Shown piece by piece: positions 10,230-19,875 of a stretch of DNA of 64,000 nt; the stretch's first letter is position 1, and each line of letters begins with the position of its first letter. A model generated the notes under the pieces. The model ran no database searches, had not been told where the DNA came from, and saw only the letters and a list, made by a program, of their open reading frames with translations. Source of the stretch: Acidobacteriota bacterium (lineage in GTDB: Bacteria > Acidobacteriota > UBA6911); contig OY761556.1 in assembly GCA_963664705.1 (NCBI GenBank), forward strand, positions 3,840,001-3,904,000. Reading direction: 5' to 3'. A program made the translations under genes and the position numbers.

Positions 10230-10922
10230 ATGAATCACAACGAACAGGTCGGAATTATGGAAAACAGAACGCCTGAAGAGGTCACTGAGGTTCTTGAGGC
10301 AGTTTGGACTCTGCAGGAACAGGGAACGGCATCGCTTGAAAGTGTGACGCAGAATGCGCCGATAAAGGTCACGGATGCTTTGATCAAAAGCCTGAGCGAG
10401 GAAGGACTTCTGTCGATCGACGCCGATAAAAACGTCCGGCTCCTTCCCAAAGGGCGCGAAATGGCCGAACAGATCATCCGCCGGCACCGACTGGCTGAAC
10501 GGCTGATTTGTGACGCCCTGGGTGCACACGTCGACGAAAGCGAGATCGCCGCCTGCGAATATGAGCATCTCCTCGCGGAAGGGATCACCAATTCCATCTG
10601 CACTCTGCTGGGCCATCCACGGTATTGCCCGCATAACCGCCCAATCCCGGAGGGGGATTGCTGCAGGCAAGCCCGCGATGAATTGCGGCCAATCGTTGTT
10701 TCGTGTGACCAGCTGCGCATCGGCGAGTCTGCTCGAATCGCCTATTTCAGCACCAAAGAGCATTCGCGGCTGCTGAAGCTGTCCGCATTGGGAGTTTCCC
10801 CCGGAATGCCCATGAAACTCATTCAGAAGTGGCCGGCATACGTGGTTCAATGTGAGGAAACCGAAATTGCGCTCGAGCCCGGAGTCGCCAAAAACATCTA
10901 CGTCTGGCATACGCCGGAGTAG
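10230..10922 (+). CDS. DtxR/IdeR-like metal-dependent regulator with C-terminal FeoA domain
   Basis: IIRRHRLAERL, ACEYEH and LGHPRYCPHNRPIP motifs; FeoA-like LLKLSALGVSPG. Confidence 0.88.
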   Translation: MNHNEQVGIMENRTPEEVTEVLEAVWTLQEQGTASLESVTQNAPIKVTDALIKSLSEEGLLSIDADKNVRLLPKGREMAEQIIRRHRLAERLICDALGAHVDESEIAACEYEHLLAEGITNSICTLLGHPRYCPHNRPIPEGDCCRQARDELRPIVVSCDQLRIGESARIAYFSTKEHSRLLKLSALGVSPGMPMKLIQKWPAYVVQCEETEIALEPGVAKNIYVWHTPE

Positions 10923-10954
10923 GTTGGACGTTGGACGTTAGACGTTGGACGTTA
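10923..10954. repeat. Heptamer tandem repeat (GTTRGAC)x4
   Basis: GTTGGAC GTTGGAC GTTAGAC GTTGGAC GTTA fills the whole gap between two convergent stop codons. Confidence 0.9.
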
Positions 10955-13549
10955 CAGACTTGTCTTTCGTAACCGCAACGCATTGCTGATCACAGATACC
11001 GAACTGAATGTCATGGCCGCGCTGGCAATCATCGGATTCAACAGCAGCCCGATCACCGGGTACAGAATTCCGCCCGCAATCGGAACTCCAAGCATGTTGT
11101 AAACAAAGGCAAAGAAAAGATTCTGCCGGATGTTTCGCATCGTATTCCGGCTGAGTTTCCGCGCGCGAACGACGCCTCGCAAATCCCCTTTCACAAGCGT
11201 AATGCCGGCACTTTGAATCGCGACATCGGTCCCGGTCCCCATCGCAATCCCCACGTGGGCCTGGGCCAACGCCGGAGCGTCATTGATCCCATCGCCGGCC
11301 ATGGCGACTGTTCGCCCCTGGGATTGCAACTGCTTCAGAACCTCTCCTTTTCTTTCCGGAGAGACTTCCGCCTCCACGGTATCGATGCCCAACTGGCGTG
11401 CAACGATATCTGCCGTTGTCTTGTTGTCTCCGGTAAGCATGACGATGTGAATCCCCTGGCCATGCAATTCCCGGATGGCATCATGCGCTGATTCCTTGAT
11501 TGGATCTGAAACGCCAAGCAAGCCTGCCGGAGTCCGGTCGATCAGGACGAACACCACGGTCTGTCCCTTTCGCCTCTCTTCATCCGCAGCCTGAGCGAAT
11601 GGCCCTGGATCGACCCCTAATTGCTCCATCAGTGCTTTGTTCCCGATCGCAATGGCATGGCCGTCCACAGTTCCAACAATCCCCTGACCCGTGATGGAGC
11701 GGAAGTCATTCACGACAGAAAGATCGAGGTTTTGTTTCCTGGCAGCTGCCACAATGGCTCCTGCCAGTGAGTGCTCACTCCCCTGTTCGAGGCTCGCACC
11801 AAGACGCAGCATATCGGGTTCGCTCCAGCCGCCACAGGCTTTGAGGCAGGTCAGCCGCGGTTTGCCTTCGGTAAGCGTTCCGGTCTTGTCGACGACAAGC
11901 GTATCCACTTTCTCGAGCAGTTCCAGCGCCTCGGCATTCCTGATCAAAACGCCGGCTCCTGCGCCACGCCCGGTTCCGACCATGATGGACATTGGAGTTG
12001 CCAGCCCCAAAGCGCAAGGACACGCAATAATAAGGACGGCCACCGCATTCACGAGTGCATAGACCATTCGGGGTTCCGGACCGGTAAAGCCCCAGAGCAG
12101 AAACGTCGCCAATGAAATAAGAACGACAATAGGGACAAACCAGGAGGAAACGCGGTCCGCCACCCGTTGAATGGGAGCACGGCTGCGCTGTGCCTCGCTG
12201 ACCATCCGGACGATTTGTGCCAGGAGCGTATCGCTTCCGACTTTATCCGCGCGCATGATAAAAGTTCCGGTTTCATTGATGGTACCGCCTGTAACGGAGC
12301 TTCCAGACGACTTTTCCACCGGGATCGGCTCGCCCGTTACCATCGACTCGTCTATAGAGCTCCCTCCCTCCAGGAGAGTTCCATCAACAGGCACGCGCTC
12401 TCCGGGGCGCACGCGCAGCCGGTTGCCCGGGTGGACCTGATCCAGAGAGATATCCCTCTCGGATCCATCTTCATTGACAATGCGCGCTGTTGTGGGAACA
12501 AGACCAAGCATGGCTCGGATGGCGCTTCCGGTCTGACTTCGTGCCCGCAGCTCGAGCACCTGTCCAAGCAGAACCAGGGTTGTGATGACCGCGGATGCCT
12601 CAAAATAGACTTGCGGAGTTCCATGATGCCCACGGAATGATGAAGGCAATAGGTCCGGGAACAACGTCGCAAAGACACTGTAGGCATACGCGGTTCCGGT
12701 GCCAATGGCGATCAGCGTGAACATGTTCAGGCTGCGATTGATGAATGAAGCCCAGCCGCGTTGAAAGAAGGGCAAGCCACCCCAGAGTACCACAGGGGTT
12801 GCAAGCGCAAACTGAAGCCAGACACTCCAACGGAGGTGGACACCTGCAACCATCTCTCCCATGGCGACGAGAAAAACCGGAATTGCCAGGAGCAGGCAAA
12901 TCCAAAACCGGCGCCTCATCAGGGTTAACTCGGGATTTTCCGCTTCATCGAGACTCACGGTGCGAGGTTCAAGAGCCATTCCACAGATCGGACAGGATCC
13001 GGGCGAATCCTGGACAACCTCCGGGTGCATGGGACAAATATATTCCGTACGAAATGCAGGCAGCGGTTCCATCGGTTCCAGCGCCATGCCGCATTTCGGA
13101 CAAGGGCCCGGCTTGTCCTGGAGCACTTCGGGATCCATGGGACAGGTATACCGCATCCCGGGCAGTGGGGGTTCTGCCGCAATATCCGCATCCCGCATGC
13201 TCAGGTATTTTTCGGGACTGGCCTGAAACTTTGCCATGCACCCCGGATTGCAGAAGTAGTAGGTTTGACCTTTATACTCAAACTTCCCCGCGGCCTTCTC
13301 TGGAGCAAACTGCATCCCGCATACCGGATCGGTGACCGGAAGCGCCACCAGTCCGGCGGTATCCGGCGCACCCAGGTATTTTTCAGGGCCGGCCTGAAAC
13401 TTTGCCATGCACCCCGGATTGCAGAAGTAGTAGGTTTGACCTTTATACTCAAACTTCCCCGCGGCCTTCTCTGGAGCAAACTGCATCCCGCATACCGGAT
13501 CGGTTACGATGCCCATAGTTTTTTCGGCGTGAACCTTTTTCTCGTCCAT
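10952..13549 (-). CDS. copA: Cu(I)/Ag(I) P1B-type ATPase with two YHS and two CPMx/CPxCGM metal-binding domains
   Basis: TGE, CPC, DKTGT, GDGIND, YN and MxxSS motifs; DPVCGM...YYFC twice; AGGAG RBS before ATG 13549. Confidence 0.92.
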   Translation of the reverse strand: MDEKKVHAEKTMGIVTDPVCGMQFAPEKAAGKFEYKGQTYYFCNPGCMAKFQAGPEKYLGAPDTAGLVALPVTDPVCGMQFAPEKAAGKFEYKGQTYYFCNPGCMAKFQASPEKYLSMRDADIAAEPPLPGMRYTCPMDPEVLQDKPGPCPKCGMALEPMEPLPAFRTEYICPMHPEVVQDSPGSCPICGMALEPRTVSLDEAENPELTLMRRRFWICLLLAIPVFLVAMGEMVAGVHLRWSVWLQFALATPVVLWGGLPFFQRGWASFINRSLNMFTLIAIGTGTAYAYSVFATLFPDLLPSSFRGHHGTPQVYFEASAVITTLVLLGQVLELRARSQTGSAIRAMLGLVPTTARIVNEDGSERDISLDQVHPGNRLRVRPGERVPVDGTLLEGGSSIDESMVTGEPIPVEKSSGSSVTGGTINETGTFIMRADKVGSDTLLAQIVRMVSEAQRSRAPIQRVADRVSSWFVPIVVLISLATFLLWGFTGPEPRMVYALVNAVAVLIIACPCALGLATPMSIMVGTGRGAGAGVLIRNAEALELLEKVDTLVVDKTGTLTEGKPRLTCLKACGGWSEPDMLRLGASLEQGSEHSLAGAIVAAARKQNLDLSVVNDFRSITGQGIVGTVDGHAIAIGNKALMEQLGVDPGPFAQAADEERRKGQTVVFVLIDRTPAGLLGVSDPIKESAHDAIRELHGQGIHIVMLTGDNKTTADIVARQLGIDTVEAEVSPERKGEVLKQLQSQGRTVAMAGDGINDAPALAQAHVGIAMGTGTDVAIQSAGITLVKGDLRGVVRARKLSRNTMRNIRQNLFFAFVYNMLGVPIAGGILYPVIGLLLNPMIASAAMTFSSVSVISNALRLRKTSL
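13220..13504. repeat. 114-bp exact direct repeat (duplicated YHS domain)
   Basis: 13220-13333 is identical to 13391-13504 (offset 171 nt). Confidence 0.9.
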
Positions 13550-13733
13550 GTGGCTCCTATATGAGTAGCGGTCCGCAGGCAAGTATAGCAAAAGAAAAAC
13601 TTAGGATCGCTGAGAGGTGCTGGCAAATGGCGGAGGGACCGTCAAGGAAACATGAATGCAATTCATTGCTTTGGGCAATTTTGTCGGTCTATAATGCCGG
13701 AATCTTAAAATCCGCGAAGCAGGAGAGTGGACG

Positions 13734-13868
13734 ATGCTCGGTCTTGTTGTAACCCTTTTAGCAGTATTTTTGGTGATCTGTCTGGCTTTGCATTCATCAG
13801 ACCGAAAGGTCCAATCGGAAATAGATATTGTGTTGGGACGTGAAAACAGGAGGAGGACTCCGGAGTAA
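13734..13868 (+). CDS. Putative 44-aa single-pass membrane protein (below the ORF-track cutoff)
   Basis: MLGLVVTLLAVFLVICLALHSSDRKVQSEIDIVLGRENRRRTPE*; AGGAGAG RBS; TATAAT at 13690-13695 with TTGCTT 18 nt upstream. Confidence 0.6.
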   Translation: MLGLVVTLLAVFLVICLALHSSDRKVQSEIDIVLGRENRRRTPE

Positions 13869-13909
13869 GAAATCCCTCCGCTAATCCGAGTTATACCGCT
13901 CAATTCCAG

Positions 13910-15058
13910 CTACCGGGCACTGCCTACATTCAGAAAATCAGAACGTTTCGTTTTTGCTGCCATCTCGCGACGCAACGATTCCCATTCCGAAACCGGAATG
14001 ACCATCAATTCCTCGACTACCCGCGGATCCAGTTGTTTCCCCGACATCTTTTGGATTTCGGCAATGGCCTCTTCGAAGCTCATCGGTATTTCCCGCTGGC
14101 CCTCGGACGTCAGACGATCCAACGCATCGGCCACGGCAAAGATACTGGCGCCGATGTGAATCTCGTTCATTTTCAGCCCCTGGGGATAGCCGTTCCCATC
14201 ATATTGCTCGTGATGATGCAGGACAACCTGTGCAGCTCCGGTCAGAAATTTGATGCTGGATAGAATTCTATAGCCGATCTCGGGATGCTGCCGCATCAAT
14301 AGCCATTCGCGCCCGGTCAACTCTTCGGGATTGCGGAGCAGTTCATCAGGAATGCCAATTTTGCCGATATCATGCAGCAAAGCTCCCTGCTCCACGATGC
14401 GGATGTCCGATTCGCTCAAATTCAAACGTTGAGCCAGCTTCTTCGTATATACAGTAACGCGTAGAGAATGCCCGTCGGAATCGGCGTCGCGGCTGTCCAG
14501 CGCCTTACTTAAGGCCACCAGGGTGGAATGGTAAGTTTGTTGAAGAACGCCCAATGCCTCCTCGAGCTGTCTGGTGCGGCTTGCCACCTGCTCTTCAAGC
14601 GTGCGCTGATAATTCTGGTTTTCCTGAAGGAGTCGGCGTTTCTCAAGAGCTCTGGAAACCGAAATGGAGACCTGTTCAAGACTGAAGGGCTTGGTTATGT
14701 AATCGTAGGCTCCATCCTTAATGGCATCCACGGCTACTTCAATATCAATAACCGAGGTCACCAGGATAACCGCGACGTCGGGTGAGATCCGCATGGCTTC
14801 TTTGAGAAGGCCAATACCGCCAATCTCGGGCATTTGAATATCTGCCACGATAAGATCATATTTGCCCTTGCTCAACAGATCGAGGGCCGCACGACCATTG
14901 GCGCAGCATTCACAGGCATAGCCCAGGCTTTCCAGCTTTCGTGCCAGAATCTCCCGGACAACAACCTCATCATCAGCAATCAGGATGCGCGAAGGGCGCA
15001 GAACCGCGCCGAGAGGATTATTGGACAGCTGCCTGAAGATGCTTTCCGCCGTGGACAT
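13910..15058 (-). CDS. Response regulator with HD-GYP (c-di-GMP phosphodiesterase) domain
   Basis: REC domain (ADDE, DIQMP, KPF); HSLRV, LHDIGK and HHEQYDGNGYP motifs. Confidence 0.9.
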   Translation of the reverse strand: MSTAESIFRQLSNNPLGAVLRPSRILIADDEVVVREILARKLESLGYACECCANGRAALDLLSKGKYDLIVADIQMPEIGGIGLLKEAMRISPDVAVILVTSVIDIEVAVDAIKDGAYDYITKPFSLEQVSISVSRALEKRRLLQENQNYQRTLEEQVASRTRQLEEALGVLQQTYHSTLVALSKALDSRDADSDGHSLRVTVYTKKLAQRLNLSESDIRIVEQGALLHDIGKIGIPDELLRNPEELTGREWLLMRQHPEIGYRILSSIKFLTGAAQVVLHHHEQYDGNGYPQGLKMNEIHIGASIFAVADALDRLTSEGQREIPMSFEEAIAEIQKMSGKQLDPRVVEELMVIPVSEWESLRREMAAKTKRSDFLNVGSAR

Positions 15059-15204
15059 AGAGCGTTTTTTTTATTTCTCCGCAACTCTTATCGACGGCTG
15101 TGAGACAAACATTCCAGGGAAATTATACCCATCGCACGATTTAGTGAGATTTGCTTTATATAAACAATCAACATAAAGAGTTGATATTTAATATTTACCA
15201 AGAA

Positions 15205-16290
15205 TTAGGCCGGAAAGACGCGGGCATCCAGACAATCAGAAAGCCGGGCGGTATCCTGCGGGGCTTCCCCAAAGCTCCGTTCCCAAACAAAACGGTTCTC
15301 CATACACAGATAAACATATACCTGAGGGGCTTCTTTGGCTATCCACTCCCGCATTTTGCGGTAGATTTCTTCCCGTATAGGTCTGAAGTATCTGTCTTTC
15401 CCGTGGTGTCCGGGAACAAACTCGCCAAACGGCACTTTTGATTTTGGAAAGCGCTGATGCACCATATCGCGCAGTCGTGGAGGAAATCGGAGCGCTCCAA
15501 GGCTTATCCAGGCAATCCGTGTTTTATTCATTGTATGAAGGATTTCTTCAACGGCGCTCCGGTATCCCTCCTCCCACCCTTCGTACCAGACGATTGGATC
15601 GAAATGAAAACCGATCCGATAGCCCCAATCCTGGCATTGGACGGCAGCCGCAAGACGTTCTTCAAATGAAGCTGCCTTGAGTTCCTCATGGCGGCAGATA
15701 GTCTTTGAATTCATGGACCAGGAAATAACGGTATGGCCGCCATGGTCCAAATTCTTCAGATTGGAAATCTGGTTCGATTTGGTCTTCAACTCGAGAATTC
15801 CATTGGGAAGAGAGGCAAAAAACGGGACAAGCCGGCGTGAGAAACACGTCAAGTGATCCAATGCCAGAGAGTCCGCCAGTTCACCCGTTCCAATCCGGAA
15901 ACGGTGATCGGGCGTCTGCGCCAGCGTTTGGCTTACATCCAAAATCAGATCATCTATATTGGTGCAGACTACCAACGCTTCGCTGCTTAGATATGATTGC
16001 AAAACGCAGTAGGTGCACTCGAAATGGCAATTCCATGCATAACTGACCACGTAATAGTTGCAACAGATTTCGGCTCCCGATCCCTGGCATTGCTTTAAAA
16101 ACTTCCCGGGATAATGCATCAGGATCAGCGCATCCTTGGCATATCCGGTGTCGGAGGCAGATGCTGTCGACTCAAAGTCATGAAAGGTCGAGGTTTCAAC
16201 TCCAGGCAGCCTTGCCAGGATTTCGTGGGTGGCGCTGTCATCCCAGGATCGATCTTGAACCAGCACCCGATTCGGCTTGTATGAATCCAT
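15205..16290 (-). CDS. Spore photoproduct lyase-like (SplB-like) radical SAM protein
   Basis: CHFECTYC CxxxCxxC followed by LQSYL; GTGELADSL, ELKTK, SWSMN, GFHFDPI and YLCME motifs. Start taken at ATG 16290. Confidence 0.85.
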   Translation of the reverse strand: MDSYKPNRVLVQDRSWDDSATHEILARLPGVETSTFHDFESTASASDTGYAKDALILMHYPGKFLKQCQGSGAEICCNYYVVSYAWNCHFECTYCVLQSYLSSEALVVCTNIDDLILDVSQTLAQTPDHRFRIGTGELADSLALDHLTCFSRRLVPFFASLPNGILELKTKSNQISNLKNLDHGGHTVISWSMNSKTICRHEELKAASFEERLAAAVQCQDWGYRIGFHFDPIVWYEGWEEGYRSAVEEILHTMNKTRIAWISLGALRFPPRLRDMVHQRFPKSKVPFGEFVPGHHGKDRYFRPIREEIYRKMREWIAKEAPQVYVYLCMENRFVWERSFGEAPQDTARLSDCLDARVFPA

Positions 16291-16348
16291 AATCTCGTTT
16301 GCGTCGCATGGAATTCGTGGCAGCCTGAGCTTCAAATCTCGGCGAATT

Positions 16349-17311
16349 TCACGAAATATTGAACAAATCTTCAAACTCTGGAGAATCGGCAGATTCTTGA
16401 AGCGCCGCTACCAGTTCTCGAAATCTTGCGGCATTGATAGCGTCAAATTCTACGCGCAATCCAGGTTCCTCGAAAAACGGGTGCGCGGAAACGCGAATCG
16501 AGCCGGTCAAACCAAGCCTCTTCTTTTTCTCCTGAAACTGTTCCTGCGCCAGCGACAACCTTGGATTCCGCAGGCGATAGATAAGCTCAAAAACTCTCTC
16601 CCCCTTCTGAAAAGGGGAAAGACGCTGATCTCCGGTAATTTCAATAACGTCCTCTCTATCTAATGCACCACGAGGACTATCTCCCCCGACTCCGGCGAGA
16701 TCGTCCAGCAATGCCAGCAGCTTTTTCTGCAGGCTTGCACTCAAACGGATTTTCCCCATCAATACTGCGAAGCTGTTCTGTACCGACGGTGATTTACCCG
16801 CAAGCGATTCAATGCTGGAAAGAGTCAATCGACCATCTGCCAGGCATTGTCGAAGACCCGGATGTATCTGATGCAGAAGAAGATAACTCCGAAAAACATG
16901 TTCGGCCGGACTTAGGCCAAGAAGAGGCAGGTACTCGCGAATTATCGTTGTGTCGGGTAAGCCGAATTCATTGTGAAGCTTATGCAGAATGCGGGCATTC
17001 TCAAGCGGGTTGAGCTGCCGATGAGATAGGTTATCCCGCACCGCGATCGAGTACGCTTGAACCGCACTATATTCGTCCGCTTGCAGAATACGAGCCAGTA
17101 TTTTGGATTTGCTCAAGCCTCTCAGCGCGCGAATACGACGGAACCCGCAAACAATTTTATGGCGGGAACCCCGCCTCCAGAGCAATACCGGATTCAATTG
17201 ACCAATCTCGCGCAGTGAATCTTGAACGGCGGGCAAATCCAGTCCTTCGCTGATTCGAAAGACTTCATCTTCCAGATCTATGGTTTCAAACTCTACCTCT
17301 TGGATGAACAT
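16349..17311 (-). CDS. ParB/Srx-like N-terminal domain protein
   Basis: SLREIGQLNPV...IVCGFRRIRAL...DNLSHRQLNPLE, a ParB box with GxRR motif; start taken at ATG 17311. Confidence 0.8.
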   Translation of the reverse strand: MFIQEVEFETIDLEDEVFRISEGLDLPAVQDSLREIGQLNPVLLWRRGSRHKIVCGFRRIRALRGLSKSKILARILQADEYSAVQAYSIAVRDNLSHRQLNPLENARILHKLHNEFGLPDTTIIREYLPLLGLSPAEHVFRSYLLLHQIHPGLRQCLADGRLTLSSIESLAGKSPSVQNSFAVLMGKIRLSASLQKKLLALLDDLAGVGGDSPRGALDREDVIEITGDQRLSPFQKGERVFELIYRLRNPRLSLAQEQFQEKKKRLGLTGSIRVSAHPFFEEPGLRVEFDAINAARFRELVAALQESADSPEFEDLFNIS

Positions 17312-17357
17312 ATCCGGAAGGATAACCAAATCCAAACAGCAACATCCATTCATTTAT

Positions 17358-17386
17358 TTGTTTACGGCAGACTTTTGATATAAAAT
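17358..17386 (+). promoter_or_regulatory. Sigma70-type promoter for the TPR gene
   Basis: TTGTTT-N17-TAAAAT. Confidence 0.5.
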
Positions 17387-17451
17387 CGCCCACATTATCA
17401 AGCGGAGGAGCCTTGACGCATTTCCTTCGCATCAATATAGGAGGCTATGCT

Positions 17452-18432
17452 ATGAATTCCCCCTTTTCCAAAACACTTGTTGCCATCCTGTTCGCTGCGT
17501 GTCTGGTCATTACGCCAAAGATTGTGAAAGCACAGGATTACACGGAAGAGGAGTACAAGGTTTTCCAGGATGTCCAGGCCGAGAAGGACGACGCCAAGAA
17601 GATTGACATGATCGTGGCGTTCCTTAAAGAAAAGCCCAAGAACGGCTTGCGGCCCAACATGATTGCCGAAGGACAGAAGGTCATTGTTGAGCTTTCCAAC
17701 GCAAAAAAATGGAATCAGCTCATCGCTCTTGGCGACAAACTTGCAGATGTTGCCCCCAGTGACGCCATTACGGTCAATGCGTTGACCGCGGCCTATTCAG
17801 AAACCGGAAACATGAAAGGTTTCGCGGCTTTTGGCGAGAAAGCCTATGCCAACAAGCCGAGCGCAGATCTGGCCATGGCGCTCTCAAAGGCTTATCAGCA
17901 GTTGGGAAATGACGCCAAAGCGCTCCAGTGGAAAGAAAAGGTGCTTGCTTCGGATCCGGACAACATCGAAGTTCTCATGGATGCGATGAAAAAAGCCGCC
18001 GCCAGCCAGAACATGGTTCAGGCCGTGAAATACTCCAAGCAGTGCCTCGCATTGCTGCCGAAAGCACAGAAGCCTGCCAATATTGATGCTCAGGCCTGGA
18101 AGAACGCCACTGACAGCGCCTATGCGGTCGCTTACGGGATTGTAGGGCAGGATGCCTACGCCAAGAATCAGTTCAGCCTGGCCATCATAAATCTTGAAAA
18201 TGCAGTGAAGTATTACAAGAGAATGGATCAGGCATATTTCGCGCTCGGAATGAGCTACTGGCAATCCAGGAAGCTGGATGCAGCCATGCTGAATTTTGCA
18301 AAGGCCTATGCCATTCATGGGGCCGTGGCGAGCACCGCCAAAGCACAGCTTGATAAGATTTTTGCAAGTTCCAAAATGACGCCTGCCGCTCAGCAGCGTA
18401 TCATGGACAGGGCTGCGCAGGATTTGAAGTAA
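17452..18432 (+). CDS. Exported TPR/alpha-helical repeat protein
   Basis: Signal peptide ending VKA; Ala-rich helical repeats (AYFALGMSYWQ); AGGAGG RBS. Confidence 0.8.
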   Translation: MNSPFSKTLVAILFAACLVITPKIVKAQDYTEEEYKVFQDVQAEKDDAKKIDMIVAFLKEKPKNGLRPNMIAEGQKVIVELSNAKKWNQLIALGDKLADVAPSDAITVNALTAAYSETGNMKGFAAFGEKAYANKPSADLAMALSKAYQQLGNDAKALQWKEKVLASDPDNIEVLMDAMKKAAASQNMVQAVKYSKQCLALLPKAQKPANIDAQAWKNATDSAYAVAYGIVGQDAYAKNQFSLAIINLENAVKYYKRMDQAYFALGMSYWQSRKLDAAMLNFAKAYAIHGAVASTAKAQLDKIFASSKMTPAAQQRIMDRAAQDLK

Positions 18433-18447
18433 TTGCGAATCACAGAG

Positions 18448-18486
18448 GCCGAATGACGAATTGAAAACCTCAGTTTGTCATTCGGC
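18448..18486. repeat. Heptamer-type hairpin between convergent genes (possible bidirectional terminator)
   Basis: GCCGAATGACGAATTGA / TCAGTTTGTCATTCGGC, 17 bp with 2 G-U pairs. Confidence 0.7.
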
Positions 18487-18522
18487 ATCAATCCGTTCTG
18501 AATCCCCCCCGAACCCGGCTTC

Positions 18523-19875
18523 CTACATCAATTTGCGCTCATGCGCGGCCCGCTCCAATTCTTCCCTGAATTTCGGATGCGCAATGTTGATCAGCGACCG
18601 GCATCGCTCGCGAACTGTTTTCCCGTGCAAATATGCCACTCCGAATTCGGTAACCACATAATGCACATCTCCCCTGGATGTGACCACGCCGGCTCCTTGT
18701 TTCAGGTAGGACACAATTCGGCTGACGGTATCGTTTACGGCGGTTGAGTGCAAGGCGATGATCGGCTTGCCGCCTTTGCTGCGAGCTGAACCGCGCACGA
18801 AATCGACCTGTCCGCCGATTCCGCTGTAAAAGTGAATCCCAATGGAATCCGCGCAGATCTGACCGGTCAGATCGACTTCGATGGCGGAATTGATGGCAAT
18901 CTGCTTTTCGTTCCGGCTTATCACAAAGGGGTCGTTGACGTACTGGCTGGGATGGAATTCGAATATGGGATTGTTGTGGATAAACTCGAATAGCCGCTTC
19001 GTACCAAGCACGAACCCGATCACAATTTTCCCCGGATGAAGCGTTTTCTTTTCGTTGGTAATGACTCCCTTCTCAATCAGGTCAATGACACCATCGCTTA
19101 CCATCTCCGAGTGAATGCCAAGATCCTTCTTCTCGGTCAGGTAGTTCAACACCGCATCCGGTATTTCACCAATCCCAAGCTGTAGCGTTGAACCATCTTC
19201 AATAAGGTCGGCAATATGGCGGCCGATCCGCATCGCAATATCGGAGACTTCGCCCATAGGAAATTCAAGTAATTCCTCAGAAGTTTCGACAATGTGGTGG
19301 ATCTTGTTCAAGTGAATAAACGAATCGCCGAGTGTCCGCGGCATCTTCGGGTTGACCTGGGCAATAACCGTACGCGCATACTCTGCCGCGGTTTTCGTTG
19401 TATCGACGCCGGCGCCAAAGCTGCAAAAACCATGTTCGTCCGGCGGTGAAACATGGATCAGAGCTACCTCAATCGGCAGGCTTCCGCCGCTGAACAGCGA
19501 TTCGATCTCGCTCAGGAATATCGGCACAAAATCGGCGCGTCCCTCATTGATGGCTTCTCGAACATTCGCACCCGAAAACAGGGCAACATGTCGGAAGCTG
19601 CCAGACATTTCAGGTCTGACGTAGTCCGCACCACCGCGCGTCAATATATGAATGATCTTCACATTCTGCAGTTCGCCGGCGCGAGCAACCATCGCCTTGA
19701 CCAGTTGCTCCGGTTCTGCACATCCAGGGTGGATGTACACACAGTCCCCGCTGCGGATCACCTGCACGGCTTCGGCCGCCGTGCGTCGCTTCTCGAGATA
19801 CTTATCCAGCCAGGTGGCTCGCCGACCGATGGCGCGCTTCTGATCCAATTCCGGTATTGAGGTAGCCATGGTCAC
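18523..19875 (-). CDS. Acetyl-CoA hydrolase / 4-hydroxybutyrate CoA-transferase family protein
   Basis: LQLGIG, GIHSEM (catalytic Glu), SGIGGQVDF and VVTEFG motifs. Confidence 0.92.
   Translation of the reverse strand: MTMATSIPELDQKRAIGRRATWLDKYLEKRRTAAEAVQVIRSGDCVYIHPGCAEPEQLVKAMVARAGELQNVKIIHILTRGGADYVRPEMSGSFRHVALFSGANVREAINEGRADFVPIFLSEIESLFSGGSLPIEVALIHVSPPDEHGFCSFGAGVDTTKTAAEYARTVIAQVNPKMPRTLGDSFIHLNKIHHIVETSEELLEFPMGEVSDIAMRIGRHIADLIEDGSTLQLGIGEIPDAVLNYLTEKKDLGIHSEMVSDGVIDLIEKGVITNEKKTLHPGKIVIGFVLGTKRLFEFIHNNPIFEFHPSQYVNDPFVISRNEKQIAINSAIEVDLTGQICADSIGIHFYSGIGGQVDFVRGSARSKGGKPIIALHSTAVNDTVSRIVSYLKQGAGVVTSRGDVHYVVTEFGVAYLHGKTVRERCRSLINIAHPKFREELERAAHERKLM

Noticed and set aside
13601-13903. 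100-aa minus-strand ORF
   Set aside because: No RBS or motif; the opposite-strand 44-aa ORF has a promoter, RBS and TM helix
16349-17311. Chromosome or plasmid partition locus / prophage
   Set aside because: No parA, parS-like palindrome, rep or phage genes noticed nearby
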